In this document: positions 17,146 to 26,284 of the stretch, one piece after another
Layout of the letters: every line of letters starts with the position of its first letter
How positions within the stretch are numbered: the first letter of the stretch is position 1
From: a virus
Length of the DNA: 64,000 nucleotides
Strand: one strand, 5' to 3'
IMG/VR virus record: IMGVR_UViG_3300003322_000730
Span: 1 to 64,000 of that record
The notes under the pieces: model-generated
Told to the model about the DNA's origin: nothing
The model's input: only the letters and a program-made list of their open reading frames with translations
Database searches by the model: none
Translations under genes and position numbers: made by a program

Positions 17146-17388
17146 TTAAAGTTGAATAGAAAGTATGTAGTAGTCTTTTCCGCTGCCCTCGTGGAAAACT
17201 CGGTTTGCGCATAGTTCATCAAAGTTAGAATCATGCAAGAATCTATTCCAATCACACTTTTTAAGATTGATCCGGCAAGCAGAATGTGTGTATTGGTGAG
17301 TGAAAGAGTATCCTAATTTAGTTGCCAGCGACAGGAACTTAACCCGCTGTAATCGTAGCCTTTTGATTTCTTTTCGGATCGCATTCAT
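17146..17388 (-). CDS. hypothetical protein
   Basis: Leftward ORF. Confidence 0.6.
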   Translation of the reverse strand: MNAIRKEIKRLRLQRVKFLSLATKLGYSFTHQYTHSACRINLKKCDWNRFLHDSNFDELCANRVFHEGSGKDYYILSIQL

Positions 17389-17403
17389 TTGATAAATAGA
17401 GGT

Positions 17404-17598
17404 TTAAAGCGTAAAAGAAATAACAGAAACACCTTTGTATTCAGCCACATCCAAATCCCTCCACAATCCCCCATACAACCGATACCGCGCAGGACGCTGC
17501 TCAACTTCAATAGAGTGCCCCGGACGAATCCGCTGAACCTCCGTAGTAGCTAATTTCACGTCTACGGCTAAATGAGTGTTGTTGATAATGGTTTTCAT
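17404..17598 (-). CDS. hypothetical protein
   Basis: Leftward ORF. Confidence 0.6.
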   Translation of the reverse strand: MKTIINNTHLAVDVKLATTEVQRIRPGHSIEVEQRPARYRLYGGLWRDLDVAEYKGVSVISFTL

Positions 17599-17666
17599 TG
17601 GTGAGAGTTGTTTATCAAGTGAACCTACCGCCGAAGCGGTAACGCACGGTTTTCACGCCTTAATCA

Positions 17667-17960
17667 CTATATCTTGGTAAAGCCTCCAGAATAAGGACCG
17701 CGTCCATCCCACTTCTTACCGTTGAGATACCAATCACCTTTGACTTGCTGGATATACACCCCAGGAATGCCATTTAAACGCTCTTTGGTAGTATCAGAGA
17801 ACCAACCGGCATTAGAGATAAAGATATCGCTACCCTCACGGTAAGCAATCAGATTTCCATGCAAATACAAGCCTGATCCATCAGAAGATGTATTGCCCAT
17901 AGTAAGTTTTTGACCAGTTAAGAAGGCTGAAACAGTTGCGGTAGTTACTTTACGTGCCAT
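17667..17960 (-). CDS. conserved phage early protein
   Basis: LYLHGNLIA...AGWFSDTTKERLNG motif; first gene after the leftward promoter. Confidence 0.8.
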   Translation of the reverse strand: MARKVTTATVSAFLTGQKLTMGNTSSDGSGLYLHGNLIAYREGSDIFISNAGWFSDTTKERLNGIPGVYIQQVKGDWYLNGKKWDGRGPYSGGFTKI

Positions 17961-18011
17961 GATTTCTAAGTGTTTAAGTAGGTTGGTTTTGTGATTGCCT
18001 TAGCTTCATAT

Positions 18012-18054
18012 CAAAGGTAAGAATAAAGTTTTAATATGCAAAAGTTTTTGCCTA
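18012..18054 (-). promoter_or_regulatory. main leftward early promoter
   Basis: Perfect Bacteroidota consensus TTTG-N19-TACCTTTG. Confidence 0.8.
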
Positions 18055-19150
18055 AATATTTTCAAAATAAATATGAAATAGGCAAAAACAGGCATATTTT
18101 AACAGGCAAAAGTGCGTTTCCAGTGAATAGGGGCACTTTTAGGGGTGCAAAGTGGTGTATAAATAATTCAGCAAAATACCGAAGGCATCAAGTGTTTTCC
18201 CGGGAAAATCGGAGACTTTCAAGCAGACCTGCATACAAAAGCACTAAAATATACCAAGCAGTATTATACATTCCCAGGATAACATTGCACCTAAAAGAAA
18301 CCACGTAATTCTACTTATAAGACGCGCGCGCGGAATGGTACTTATATAGACCAGCGGACTACCATATAAGCCCCGTATATGGCATTGGATAGGGCAAGGG
18401 ACTGATGTGTGTACGTAGGAGTATAGAGACGAACAATAAGGGCATATACAGCAATAGAAGAGAATCAGACAAGAATATACTTTGTATAGTGGATAGTAAT
18501 GTGCCATACAGTACATTTTCATGATTCGATATACGGCAGAAACAGAGGGCTGACAAGGAAGTGGCAGGATCAGGGATTTTTACACTTTTTCGCCCCGTTT
18601 TTCTCTATGCATGCGGGCGAATCAGGATACCTATGCGAACACACCTATGAACGCCCCGGTTTTCGCGGAATAATACAACGGCCTTTTGTCTCCCTTGTGC
18701 ATTTTTGCCTATACATAGAAACGGCTTTGATTAGTACTATTTTGCACTATTCACAGACACCTGCGCCAATGTATAGCAGGATCATGCATAACTAACTGTA
18801 TATCAGCTCACAACAGTAGAAAGTCTATTATGTAGTAAGTAATAGAACGCACCGTGGCCTGATTTGCTTTGCGCCGCAGAGGACTTTGGCAGGACCGGTT
18901 TAGGGGGGGTGGGGGTCGGCCGATTTGGGCAATTGGGAATTGTACACAAACTTTTCACAAAAAACGCCCTCACGGGCCTTCGGCCCTTTCCTGCCCTCTG
19001 CCAAACAATCCAGCGATCACCCTGTCACACCAAGCAACCACAGCAGATCACGTCTCACACGCAAGAAAACAGGCCAATCCAGCCATTCTGCTTTCATAAT
19101 CCTGACTAACATCCATAATCCACCTGAGAATCCGTATCTTTCGCCAAAAA
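18055..19150. other. non-coding divergence region; candidate origin, packaging or terminus region
   Basis: Gene orientation switches here; no credible ORF; AGGCAAAA repeats, a TATA-rich tract and a G-run GGGGGGGTGGGGG near 18903. Confidence 0.5.
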
Positions 19151-19161
19151 ACTCGACAAAC

Positions 19162-19461
19162 ATGCAGAACACAAAGAAACTCTCACTTTTTCAGGTTGAC
19201 CCTTGGGATGGTCACTGCCTGAGTATTTGGTATTGGCGCACTTACCGCTATGGTAGATGGGATTATACCCGAACGCTGAATATTTCGTGGATGTGGTATT
19301 GGTGGCGCAAGAATGGTGTATCTTCCCAGTGGGGGTATCGTAACAATGGGGCCAAGAAGTCAGATGGCGACACCTGTCTTGATCAAACACTCTCCTTGGG
19401 GTATCTTGTTTTCAATCATATCAACTGGAATCTGCAAGGTGTTTCAAAGTCTCAGATTTGA
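19162..19461 (+). CDS. Trp-rich hypothetical protein
   Basis: Start re-called at ATG 19162 (MQNTKK). Confidence 0.55.
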   Translation: MQNTKKLSLFQVDPWDGHCLSIWYWRTYRYGRWDYTRTLNISWMWYWWRKNGVSSQWGYRNNGAKKSDGDTCLDQTLSLGYLVFNHINWNLQGVSKSQI

Positions 19462-19547
19462 TTTGCGTAACTTTTGTCTCGACATTTTGAGCAAAAACAC
19501 TTTTTCAGTATTGAATTTCGTAAGTTTCACCCTAAAAGCATTCATTC

Positions 19548-19742
19548 ATGGGCTTTATCACACTCGACAGTGGCCATGTAGTCCACGCCAGCTGCTTACC
19601 GCCACTGAATCCTCACGGAGGCATTGAGATTGTCTGGATTGATCCGGAAACGGGGAAGATTCACACTCTCGTAGAGAAGACCGTTGATCTAGACGGAGAG
19701 GTAGTTGACCTGGTAGACGAGCATTTCTGGGATTTGATCTGA
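19548..19742 (+). CDS. small acidic hypothetical protein
   Basis: ORF followed by a terminator. Confidence 0.6.
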   Translation: MGFITLDSGHVVHASCLPPLNPHGGIEIVWIDPETGKIHTLVEKTVDLDGEVVDLVDEHFWDLI

Positions 19743-19789
19743 GCCTTCTGCTATCTTTACATAATTTTCGTAGATTTTCATTTATACTT

Positions 19790-19822
19790 AGACGCACATT
19801 CTCCTGGGGTGTGCGTCTTTTT
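19790..19822 (+). terminator. intrinsic terminator
   Basis: AGACGCACA...TGTGCGTCT plus T-run. Confidence 0.7.
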
Positions 19823-19927
19823 GTTGATACCATCGGTAGTACCGATAGAACCCATTCAAAACCGGAGGTCTTTATACGCAAAATCAAGGTGGCCAAAAAT
19901 TTTCCGGCAGAAATTGTCCCTCACGGG

Positions 19928-19958
19928 CTTGACATTAAGTTAGAAATTGTTACTTTTG
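19928..19958 (+). promoter_or_regulatory. rightward sigma-A promoter
   Basis: CTTG-N19-TACTTTTG. Confidence 0.75.
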
Positions 19959-19983
19959 ATTGAACATTAAAAGACGGTTGATT

Positions 19984-20355
19984 ATGTTGTCAGATTATTC
20001 AGACGAAGAGTTAAGAGACGAGTTGTCTCGACGACACTCAAAGCCAAAACATCTACTTGATTACTTTGCGAATCCAGAGGACCTTTACTCGGCTCATGGA
20101 CTTACACTTGTTCAGACCTGCGGTGCGTGTCCGGAGCAATATGATGTATTTCGTGGTGATGAACAGGTCGCCTATCTACGGCTAAGACACGGATTTTTCC
20201 GGGTTGATCTTGGAGAGTGTGGTGGTGAGATTATCGCTTCTGGTCATCCAAAGGGAGATGGGTGCTTTGAGCCGGACGAAAGGATGCATTTTATGCACCG
20301 GGCACTTAGAGCAATCATTTCCCGCATTCATCCAACAATATCAAGTAAATCATGA
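19984..20355 (+). CDS. conserved phage hypothetical protein
   Basis: TCGACPEQYDV...YLRLRHG motif. Confidence 0.75.
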   Translation: MLSDYSDEELRDELSRRHSKPKHLLDYFANPEDLYSAHGLTLVQTCGACPEQYDVFRGDEQVAYLRLRHGFFRVDLGECGGEIIASGHPKGDGCFEPDERMHFMHRALRAIISRIHPTISSKS

Positions 20356-20537
20356 AGTGTTACGCCCTAAAAAGGAAAGATGATGAGTGGTCTGGCAGGT
20401 GGGAGATTATTGGTATTTACTCAACAGAAGAATTGGCCAACGAAGCCATGAGAAACGCCGCAAAAGCTATGCCTGATTTCTGGAGTTTTCGGATAGAATC
20501 AATGCCTTTTGATTGGATGTTTTTATCACACGAATAA
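20352..20537 (+). CDS. hypothetical protein
   Basis: IIGIYSTEELA motif common in small phage proteins. Confidence 0.65.
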   Translation: MKCYALKRKDDEWSGRWEIIGIYSTEELANEAMRNAAKAMPDFWSFRIESMPFDWMFLSHE

Positions 20538-20673
20538 TGCGCGACACCTTCTGCATTACCTACGGGATCGTTTCATTGTACCTGCTATACAAAGAGCGGT
20601 TTTTGGAATACGGGTATTTGACATTGGCTTTTACTGGTGTTTGGTTTATTGTTCAAGAAATTCAGAAGAAGAG

Positions 20674-20997
20674 ATGAATGACCTCATATACGAAGAAACT
20701 CTCTTGGAGTACGATGGGCCGCTCATAGCCGTTTACAGAGACTCTCTGGGATGTCCGTATATCCTATTCTGGGTAGATAATACCGAAACACAGAATGTAT
20801 GGCTTATTTTGAAGATAAATCAAGAGGCATTGGATCTTTTCTCTGGCGGATCTGTTGGGTTCAACTGGATTCTTGAAAGTTTCGGTCATGATGCCGATTA
20901 TATAGATATTGATTCTGTGGGCAAGTGGAGCAACAGAAGAAAAGTGAGCCAATTCGAAGTGATAAATTTCATAAGTGTGGAGGATTTTTATTTATAA
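20674..20997 (+). CDS. DUF6575-like hypothetical protein
   Basis: LLEYDGPL...Y..FWVD pattern; start re-called at 20674. Confidence 0.55.
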   Translation: MNDLIYEETLLEYDGPLIAVYRDSLGCPYILFWVDNTETQNVWLILKINQEALDLFSGGSVGFNWILESFGHDADYIDIDSVGKWSNRRKVSQFEVINFISVEDFYL

Positions 20998-21001
20998 CCA
21001 T

Positions 21002-21307
21002 ATGAACCGTAAAGACTTTTTCAAAACATTGCTTGGCGGGGCTGCTGTTGCAGCTGTGGCGCCGGAGATTGTGAGTGCTGAGCCTACAAGAAGGATGGCG
21101 AAGTTTGTTCCGTTCCCCAGTGGGGGTGTTGTTAACTGGTCAAGTACGGAAGACCTGATTTCTGCCACAGAAGCCAAGATTGATCACATTGCTCTTAATG
21201 AGCACTTGCGAGTAGAAGCAGATAGGCGCAGCAAGATGATTGAAGAGGCAGTCAGAAAGTGGAATTCGGTATTTGAGGAGCACAGAAAAGAACTTGACGC
21301 TTTATGA
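21002..21307 (+). CDS. protein with Tat-like signal peptide
   Basis: MNRKDFFKTLLGGAAVAAVAPEIVSA. Confidence 0.65.
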   Translation: MNRKDFFKTLLGGAAVAAVAPEIVSAEPTRRMAKFVPFPSGGVVNWSSTEDLISATEAKIDHIALNEHLRVEADRRSKMIEEAVRKWNSVFEEHRKELDAL

Positions 21308-21567
21308 GTAATAAATCAGTAACCCTCGAAGAGTTCACAAACCTGTTTGATCCGCCGGTGGGAACATTGATCTACTGGGGTGGATATGAGTTCAGACGGG
21401 AAGAATCGGGTTGGTCTGCGACTGGCCTAGCTTATGATACTATGGATGGCCATCATGGACAGTTTTACATGACCGGAAAAGTTGAGCCAGAGACCTTCCC
21501 GGTAGAAGGCCGGTTGCCAGACGGCACCAGTATTGTGTATGATGTACCTTACAAGATGTTGAAGTAA
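21304..21567 (+). CDS. hypothetical protein
   Basis: ATGA-coupled ORF. Confidence 0.65.
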   Translation: MSNKSVTLEEFTNLFDPPVGTLIYWGGYEFRREESGWSATGLAYDTMDGHHGQFYMTGKVEPETFPVEGRLPDGTSIVYDVPYKMLK

Positions 21568-21575
21568 ATTTATAA

Positions 21576-21733
21576 TTGAATATTGATCAGGTGGCGGAAG
21601 TTAGACGCAGCTGTTCACTGGCAGTGTTGTATGACCCAGCGATGGCAAACGCGAGAAGTCCAGTAGAAGCTCGCATCCGAGGGGACGAAAAAAGACAATG
21701 CAGGTATTAAATCCTGCCCTGATCAATATTCAA
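21576..21733 (+). ncRNA. tRNA-Leu-like scaffold with an ~90-nt structured insert replacing the anticodon and variable arms
   Basis: Acceptor GATCAGG/CCTGATC (21585-21591/21718-21724) extended to a perfect 16-bp stem; D-arm GCG-GAAGTTAGA-CGC; T-arm GCAGG-TATTAAAT-CCTGC; no encoded CCA. Confidence 0.75.
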
Positions 21734-21755
21734 CAAAACTATCACAACCCACTCC

Positions 21756-22259
21756 ATGATCTCAAACTTCCACCGCCAAATCTCCGAACACCGTCAGTAC
21801 TTGCTGACATACGCCAAGAAACTTTCCTGGCAAGACCAAGAAGCTGCTGAGGATCTTGTGCAGAACACTTACGTCGCGGCCATACGTTTCGAAAGCACCT
21901 TTCAGCCCGGGACAAACATGCGTGCCTGGTTGAAGACTATTTTGTACAACGATTTTGTCAACGGCTTCCGCCGGCAAAGAAAAGAAGCTGGTCGTGTTGA
22001 CTTTGATATGGTCTACTTGGGATACCAGGGGCCATCGGTGATTCCGCACAGAGATGAGGTAGGCGATGAAGTAAAGCAAGCAATCGCTAAATTGCACCCG
22101 AAAGACCGGAAGATTGTGGTAATGTCCTTTATTCAGGATTACACCTACGAAGAAATCGCCAAGGTTGTCGGAATTCCGTTAGGCACCGTTCGGAGCCGGC
22201 TTCACAGAAGCAGAAAGATATTGCAGCAGTCGCTGCGAGAATACCAAAGAGCAAGTTGA
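21756..22259 (+). CDS. ECF-type sigma-70 factor (SigH/SigR-like)
   Basis: Region 2 AEDLVQNTY...PGTNMRAWLKTILYN; region 4 TYEEIAKVVGIPLGTVRSRLHR. Confidence 0.92.
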   Translation: MISNFHRQISEHRQYLLTYAKKLSWQDQEAAEDLVQNTYVAAIRFESTFQPGTNMRAWLKTILYNDFVNGFRRQRKEAGRVDFDMVYLGYQGPSVIPHRDEVGDEVKQAIAKLHPKDRKIVVMSFIQDYTYEEIAKVVGIPLGTVRSRLHRSRKILQQSLREYQRAS

Positions 22260-22288
22260 AAAGGTTTTGAGGTTTAGGAATAGTCAGC

Positions 22289-22322
22289 AAAGGCCGGCCT
22301 CATTGATGTTGGCCTTTCTTTT
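22289..22322 (+). terminator. probable terminator after the sigma gene
   Basis: AAAGGCC...GGCCTTT plus T-rich tail. Confidence 0.6.
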
Positions 22323-22334
22323 AACATCAAAAAC

Positions 22335-22769
22335 ATGCCAGAAGAGATACAATTGACAAAAACTATAAAATGGATTGATTTTGCTTTATTTCCTCAGAGT
22401 GTCATGTTAGCTAATGGGTACTCCTATGAAGAACTATTGGCTAAATTTGGCAAGAGGTTCCCTACATGGGTGAAGCCTCTTGAGGAGCACAAGAAACTTT
22501 TCGACACCTGCTGGGGATTTGTTCACCGACACCAGTGGACAGATAAAAACGGAGTAAAAAAGTGCCATTATTGGCTAATAATTAAAGATCCTTTTGATTT
22601 CAGCGATGAAGCCATGTGTAATCTGGCTCACGAAGTGCTGCATGTGGTACAATTTGTGCTGGCAGACAAGATCAACCGGGATGACGAAGTAGAATTTGAA
22701 GCATATTTTCACACATATCTGATGACAGAGTGCCTGAAGGCGCTCCGAGCTCCGGTAAAAATAAAATAA
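22335..22769 (+). CDS. HExxH zincin-like phage protein
   Basis: LAHEVLH...EFEAY. Confidence 0.65.
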   Translation: MPEEIQLTKTIKWIDFALFPQSVMLANGYSYEELLAKFGKRFPTWVKPLEEHKKLFDTCWGFVHRHQWTDKNGVKKCHYWLIIKDPFDFSDEAMCNLAHEVLHVVQFVLADKINRDDEVEFEAYFHTYLMTECLKALRAPVKIK

Positions 22770-22770
22770 T

Positions 22771-23037
22771 ATGGCACAATCCACGAAATTCAGGTTAGTC
22801 TCACAATTGTTGACGGAACAGAAACTTAATAGTCATTTCAGATACGATGGACCAATGTCTTTCCCCGCGAATGTATACGACTCTCATAATCCTGAAAATG
22901 ATCTAAAAGATGGAGATGTAGCCTTTTTATTGCACTTCATGCCAGGATCAGATATTCAGCAAATTTACTTTAGGAGTTCAGACGAAGCGGAGGTTGAGTC
23001 AATTGTCGATTTAATTCAGAAGAACTACATAAAATAG
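22771..23037 (+). CDS. hypothetical protein
   Basis: Packed rightward ORF. Confidence 0.65.
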   Translation: MAQSTKFRLVSQLLTEQKLNSHFRYDGPMSFPANVYDSHNPENDLKDGDVAFLLHFMPGSDIQQIYFRSSDEAEVESIVDLIQKNYIK

Positions 23038-23039
23038 CC

Positions 23040-23417
23040 ATGAACACTACACCACATGACACATTAGAGCAAATATCTGTATACGACCGGGTTTTGACCG
23101 GATCGGACGGGAATTTGAACGATCTCAATGAACACATCTTGATTTGGGGCTACTCAAAGGACATGATCTGGCGCGACAATCGCTTCAAACAGATGGCCAA
23201 GGTCACTGAGGAAGTCGGGGAGGTCGCCGGCGCCCTGTGCAAGGACAATGTCGACAACTTGAAATCGGAAATCGGTGATGTCTTCGTCACTTTGGTGCTT
23301 TTAGCGGCCCAGAACGGGCTTTCGATGAACGAATGTGTCAGTGCGGCCTACGAGAAGATCAAGAACCGCCAGGGCGAAATGAAAGACGGTATTTTTGTTA
23401 AAGCGGAGGACTTATAA
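23040..23417 (+). CDS. MazG-like nucleotide pyrophosphohydrolase
   Basis: KVTEEVGEVA...EIGDVFVTL...AYEKIKNRQG...GIFVK. Confidence 0.9.
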   Translation: MNTTPHDTLEQISVYDRVLTGSDGNLNDLNEHILIWGYSKDMIWRDNRFKQMAKVTEEVGEVAGALCKDNVDNLKSEIGDVFVTLVLLAAQNGLSMNECVSAAYEKIKNRQGEMKDGIFVKAEDL

Positions 23418-23483
23418 GCAACTTTTTGTTACCTTTACTTCACGGCGTGACCACGAAGGCGCGGACGAAAACTTATAAGTAAA

Positions 23484-23828
23484 ATGGTACAATCAAAAAT
23501 CGGTTTGGTCCTGAAAGACGGGCAGCCCGTAATCAAAATGACCTGTGTTGATTCAGAAGAAATTGTCGACACAGTATTCAAGATGTTTGCAGAGAAGTTC
23601 GGACACGTCTCCACGCTTTGCAAAGTAGATGTTGAATACAACAGAGACGGGCAGAAGATTTTCTTCATCTCCCCGGTCGCCCCGGACGATCTCGCAGAAA
23701 CATGCAGCAAGATACTGGAAGCCCAGCCGCGTGTGTCTGGCAACAAATTTGTTAGATACGAATCAAATGGGGTACAGCTAACCGGTGATGGCCTGCCAAT
23801 GCCAACTACCGATCGCATAGCGGAATAA
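23484..23828 (+). CDS. hypothetical protein
   Basis: ORF with upstream TACCTTTA box and downstream terminator. Confidence 0.7.
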   Translation: MVQSKIGLVLKDGQPVIKMTCVDSEEIVDTVFKMFAEKFGHVSTLCKVDVEYNRDGQKIFFISPVAPDDLAETCSKILEAQPRVSGNKFVRYESNGVQLTGDGLPMPTTDRIAE

Positions 23829-23860
23829 AATTTTATAATCAACCTATTCTTCACGCAACT

Positions 23861-23890
23861 AAGGCTACTCTGATTCGGGGTAGCCTTTTT
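23861..23890 (+). terminator. intrinsic terminator
   Basis: AAGGCTACTC...GGGGTAGCCTTTTT. Confidence 0.75.
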
Positions 23891-23938
23891 AATTAACAGA
23901 AATTAAAGTTAGATTTGCTTACATTAAAATAAACTCTC

Positions 23939-24160
23939 ATGATCATCACAGAAGAACAGGTACTCGAAGACATCAAACATTTACTGGCCCATAAAGAAGA
24001 GCACGGTATCGCCCCGACAGATCAAGTTACCCGCAAGGAGCTTGACACCTACTACCAGAACTTGGTAGCCCAGGCACTGAACAAACTCTTCGTTCAGAAG
24101 AAAATATACGTCGGGCCGACGATGAACGGCAAGTACATCAAACTCAAAGACCCGCAGTAG
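23939..24160 (+). CDS. small winged-helix-like protein
   Basis: ALNKL...KIYVGPTMNGKYI; TAGATTTG box at 23910-23917. Confidence 0.6.
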   Translation: MIITEEQVLEDIKHLLAHKEEHGIAPTDQVTRKELDTYYQNLVAQALNKLFVQKKIYVGPTMNGKYIKLKDPQ

Positions 24161-24227
24161 TGTTATAATAGAGACAACTTTTGTTATCTTTGGCTGACAT
24201 GCAATTAATAACCCAAGGGATACTTTA

Positions 24228-24827
24228 ATGGAAAAGCGCAATAAGAGGCAGCCCTTCATGGTTCCGCGAGAAGAGAACAGAACAGTAGTGGAGTTGTTTG
24301 AATACGGCAGCAAAGGTGACCGGGTCAGCAAAGGGAAGTTTGAACACGACGACTTGATTGACGCGGACCTGCCATCCAACATGAAGATGGTTTCCCGGTT
24401 CAACGGAGGAGTGCTTCCGAAATACGAGAACTTTCAGGACTTGTACATCAAAGGGGTTCAATATTTCAAGTGGGCCGTCGAAAATCCAATACAGAAAACA
24501 GAATTGATCAAGGGCGGGGCGATGGCTGGATCACCAGGCACCATAGATGTACCGAGGCCATGGACCATTGCTGGTTTGCGGACGTGGTTGGGCATGGGTT
24601 CCAAGATATACGAGAAGTTTAGAAGTGGCGAAGGATACGAACAATTTCACCCGGTCATTGAGTTTTTCGAGGACTGCATCAGGACGCAGAAGTTTGAACA
24701 TGCTGTGGTGGGTATTTACAACGCCGGCTTGGTAAGCCGTGATCTTGGATTGGCGGATAAAACAGAGGTCAAAGAAGAAATCAACATCAAGGCGCAGATC
24801 ATTGGGATGAAAATTATTGCTGATTAA
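24228..24827 (+). CDS. terminase small subunit (P22 gp3-like)
   Basis: YFKW..ENP...RPWTIAGLRTWLG...AVVG.YNA.LVSRDLGL; directly before the large subunit; TATCTTTG box at 24185-24192. Confidence 0.85.
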   Translation: MEKRNKRQPFMVPREENRTVVELFEYGSKGDRVSKGKFEHDDLIDADLPSNMKMVSRFNGGVLPKYENFQDLYIKGVQYFKWAVENPIQKTELIKGGAMAGSPGTIDVPRPWTIAGLRTWLGMGSKIYEKFRSGEGYEQFHPVIEFFEDCIRTQKFEHAVVGIYNAGLVSRDLGLADKTEVKEEINIKAQIIGMKIIAD

Positions 24828-26284
24828 TGGAGAGCACAGATAAGGGGCAGATCATAGAATTCAGGGCCCACGGGAACTTAAAGCAAGTAGAAGCGTTTAA
24901 GTATTGGACGGATAAGTCTACTTACCATATAGTCTATGGAGGCAGTAAAGCGTCGGGCAAGAGCTTTTTAGGTTGCTCTCTTATACTTGCCGACGCCCTC
25001 ATATATCCCGGAACTCATTATTTCATAGCCAGAAAGACACTTTCTGATCTTCGTAAGCACACTACAACTTCCATAGCGGAGGTGTTGAATGGTTGGGGTA
25101 TTCCTAGCAACATGTACCGGTATAACGGCCAAGACAACTTCTATCAATTCAAGAATGGCTCAAAGGTGTATTTTTTTGGCTGCGAACCGCGTCCGAGCGA
25201 CCCAAAATACACCAGATTAGGGTCAATCCAGATGACACGTGGTTGGATCGAAGAATCAGGAGAGGTTGAGGAAGCCGCCAAAAATGCCTTATCAGCTACG
25301 ATAGGTCGCTGGAAAAACGAAGAATACGGGCTATGGAGGAAGTTGCTGATGACTTGTAACCCAGATAAGGGCTGGTTGTACAGCGAGTATTATGAGCCAT
25401 GGAAGAACAATTCACTTGATAAGGACAAGAAATTCATCCAAGCCCTCCCAACCGACAACAAAATGCTGGATGATGGCTATCTCGAAGGTCTTGAACAAAG
25501 CTTGAACTACAATGAAAGACAACGTCTCCTTCACGGCAACTGGGAGTTTGATGATGATCCATCGGTGCTCATCGACTACGAAGCCATCATGGACATTTTC
25601 AGAAACTTCAGTGTTCCTCACGGAAAGAAATATATCACTGTCGACGTGGCCCGTATGGGAGGAGCCAGAATTGTGTGTGTCGAGTGGGACGGATATCGTG
25701 GTCACGTTCGCAGCTGGGACAGAGCCGAATTTCCGGAGACCTTGAAAAGGATTGAGGAATCCAGGATGAAGCTGGGAATCAGCCCCAAAGATGTACTGGT
25801 CGACGGTGATGGCATGGGTGCCGGCCTGGCCGACTTTGGCAGATACAGTGAGTTCAGAAACAACTTCCCTGCGGTTCCATCGAAAGATCAAAGAAAACGG
25901 AGGGACGCCAATGGAAATATCATCAAGGAGAACTTTGACAACCGCAAGTCTCAGATGGGGTTCTATATGTCAGACTTAATTAACGAAAGAAGGGTGTTCC
26001 TCACCTGTGAACGAGAGGAGGACAAAGTGTTGATCCGGCAGGAACTCGAACAGGTCCGGAAGAAGCGGATGGATTCAGATATGAAAAATGCGCTGGTGCC
26101 AAAAGAAGAAGTGACCAAGCGCCTTCGACGCTCCCCTGATTTCTGGGATGCCATCCTGATGCGTCACTTCTTCGAATACAAAGGTCAAGTAATTCAAATC
26201 AAACAGAGAAATGGAAATGACAGAAACCTCTTCCCGGGCCTCCCAGACCGTCGCCGGTGGGAAAGGGCTGAATACAATCGATAA
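24827..26284 (+). CDS. terL: terminase large subunit
   Basis: Walker A YGGSKASGKS, Walker B GWIEE, motif III TCNP, nuclease VDVA...RSPDFWDA. Confidence 0.95.
   Translation: MESTDKGQIIEFRAHGNLKQVEAFKYWTDKSTYHIVYGGSKASGKSFLGCSLILADALIYPGTHYFIARKTLSDLRKHTTTSIAEVLNGWGIPSNMYRYNGQDNFYQFKNGSKVYFFGCEPRPSDPKYTRLGSIQMTRGWIEESGEVEEAAKNALSATIGRWKNEEYGLWRKLLMTCNPDKGWLYSEYYEPWKNNSLDKDKKFIQALPTDNKMLDDGYLEGLEQSLNYNERQRLLHGNWEFDDDPSVLIDYEAIMDIFRNFSVPHGKKYITVDVARMGGARIVCVEWDGYRGHVRSWDRAEFPETLKRIEESRMKLGISPKDVLVDGDGMGAGLADFGRYSEFRNNFPAVPSKDQRKRRDANGNIIKENFDNRKSQMGFYMSDLINERRVFLTCEREEDKVLIRQELEQVRKKRMDSDMKNALVPKEEVTKRLRRSPDFWDAILMRHFFEYKGQVIQIKQRNGNDRNLFPGLPDRRRWERAEYNR

Noticed and set aside
17615-17660. UUCG-capped hairpin as a twister-sister or other ribozyme
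   Set aside because: The stable hairpin is real, but I could not match any ribozyme core.
18300-18560. Possible CRISPR or TIGR-like array in the TATA-rich tract
   Set aside because: No constant repeat unit or period could be found by eye, and no Cas or Nop-domain gene is in the window.
18967-19928. CCCTCACGGGC at 18967-18977 and 19918-19928
   Set aside because: Only two copies of an 11-mer with no further similarity; chance cannot be excluded.
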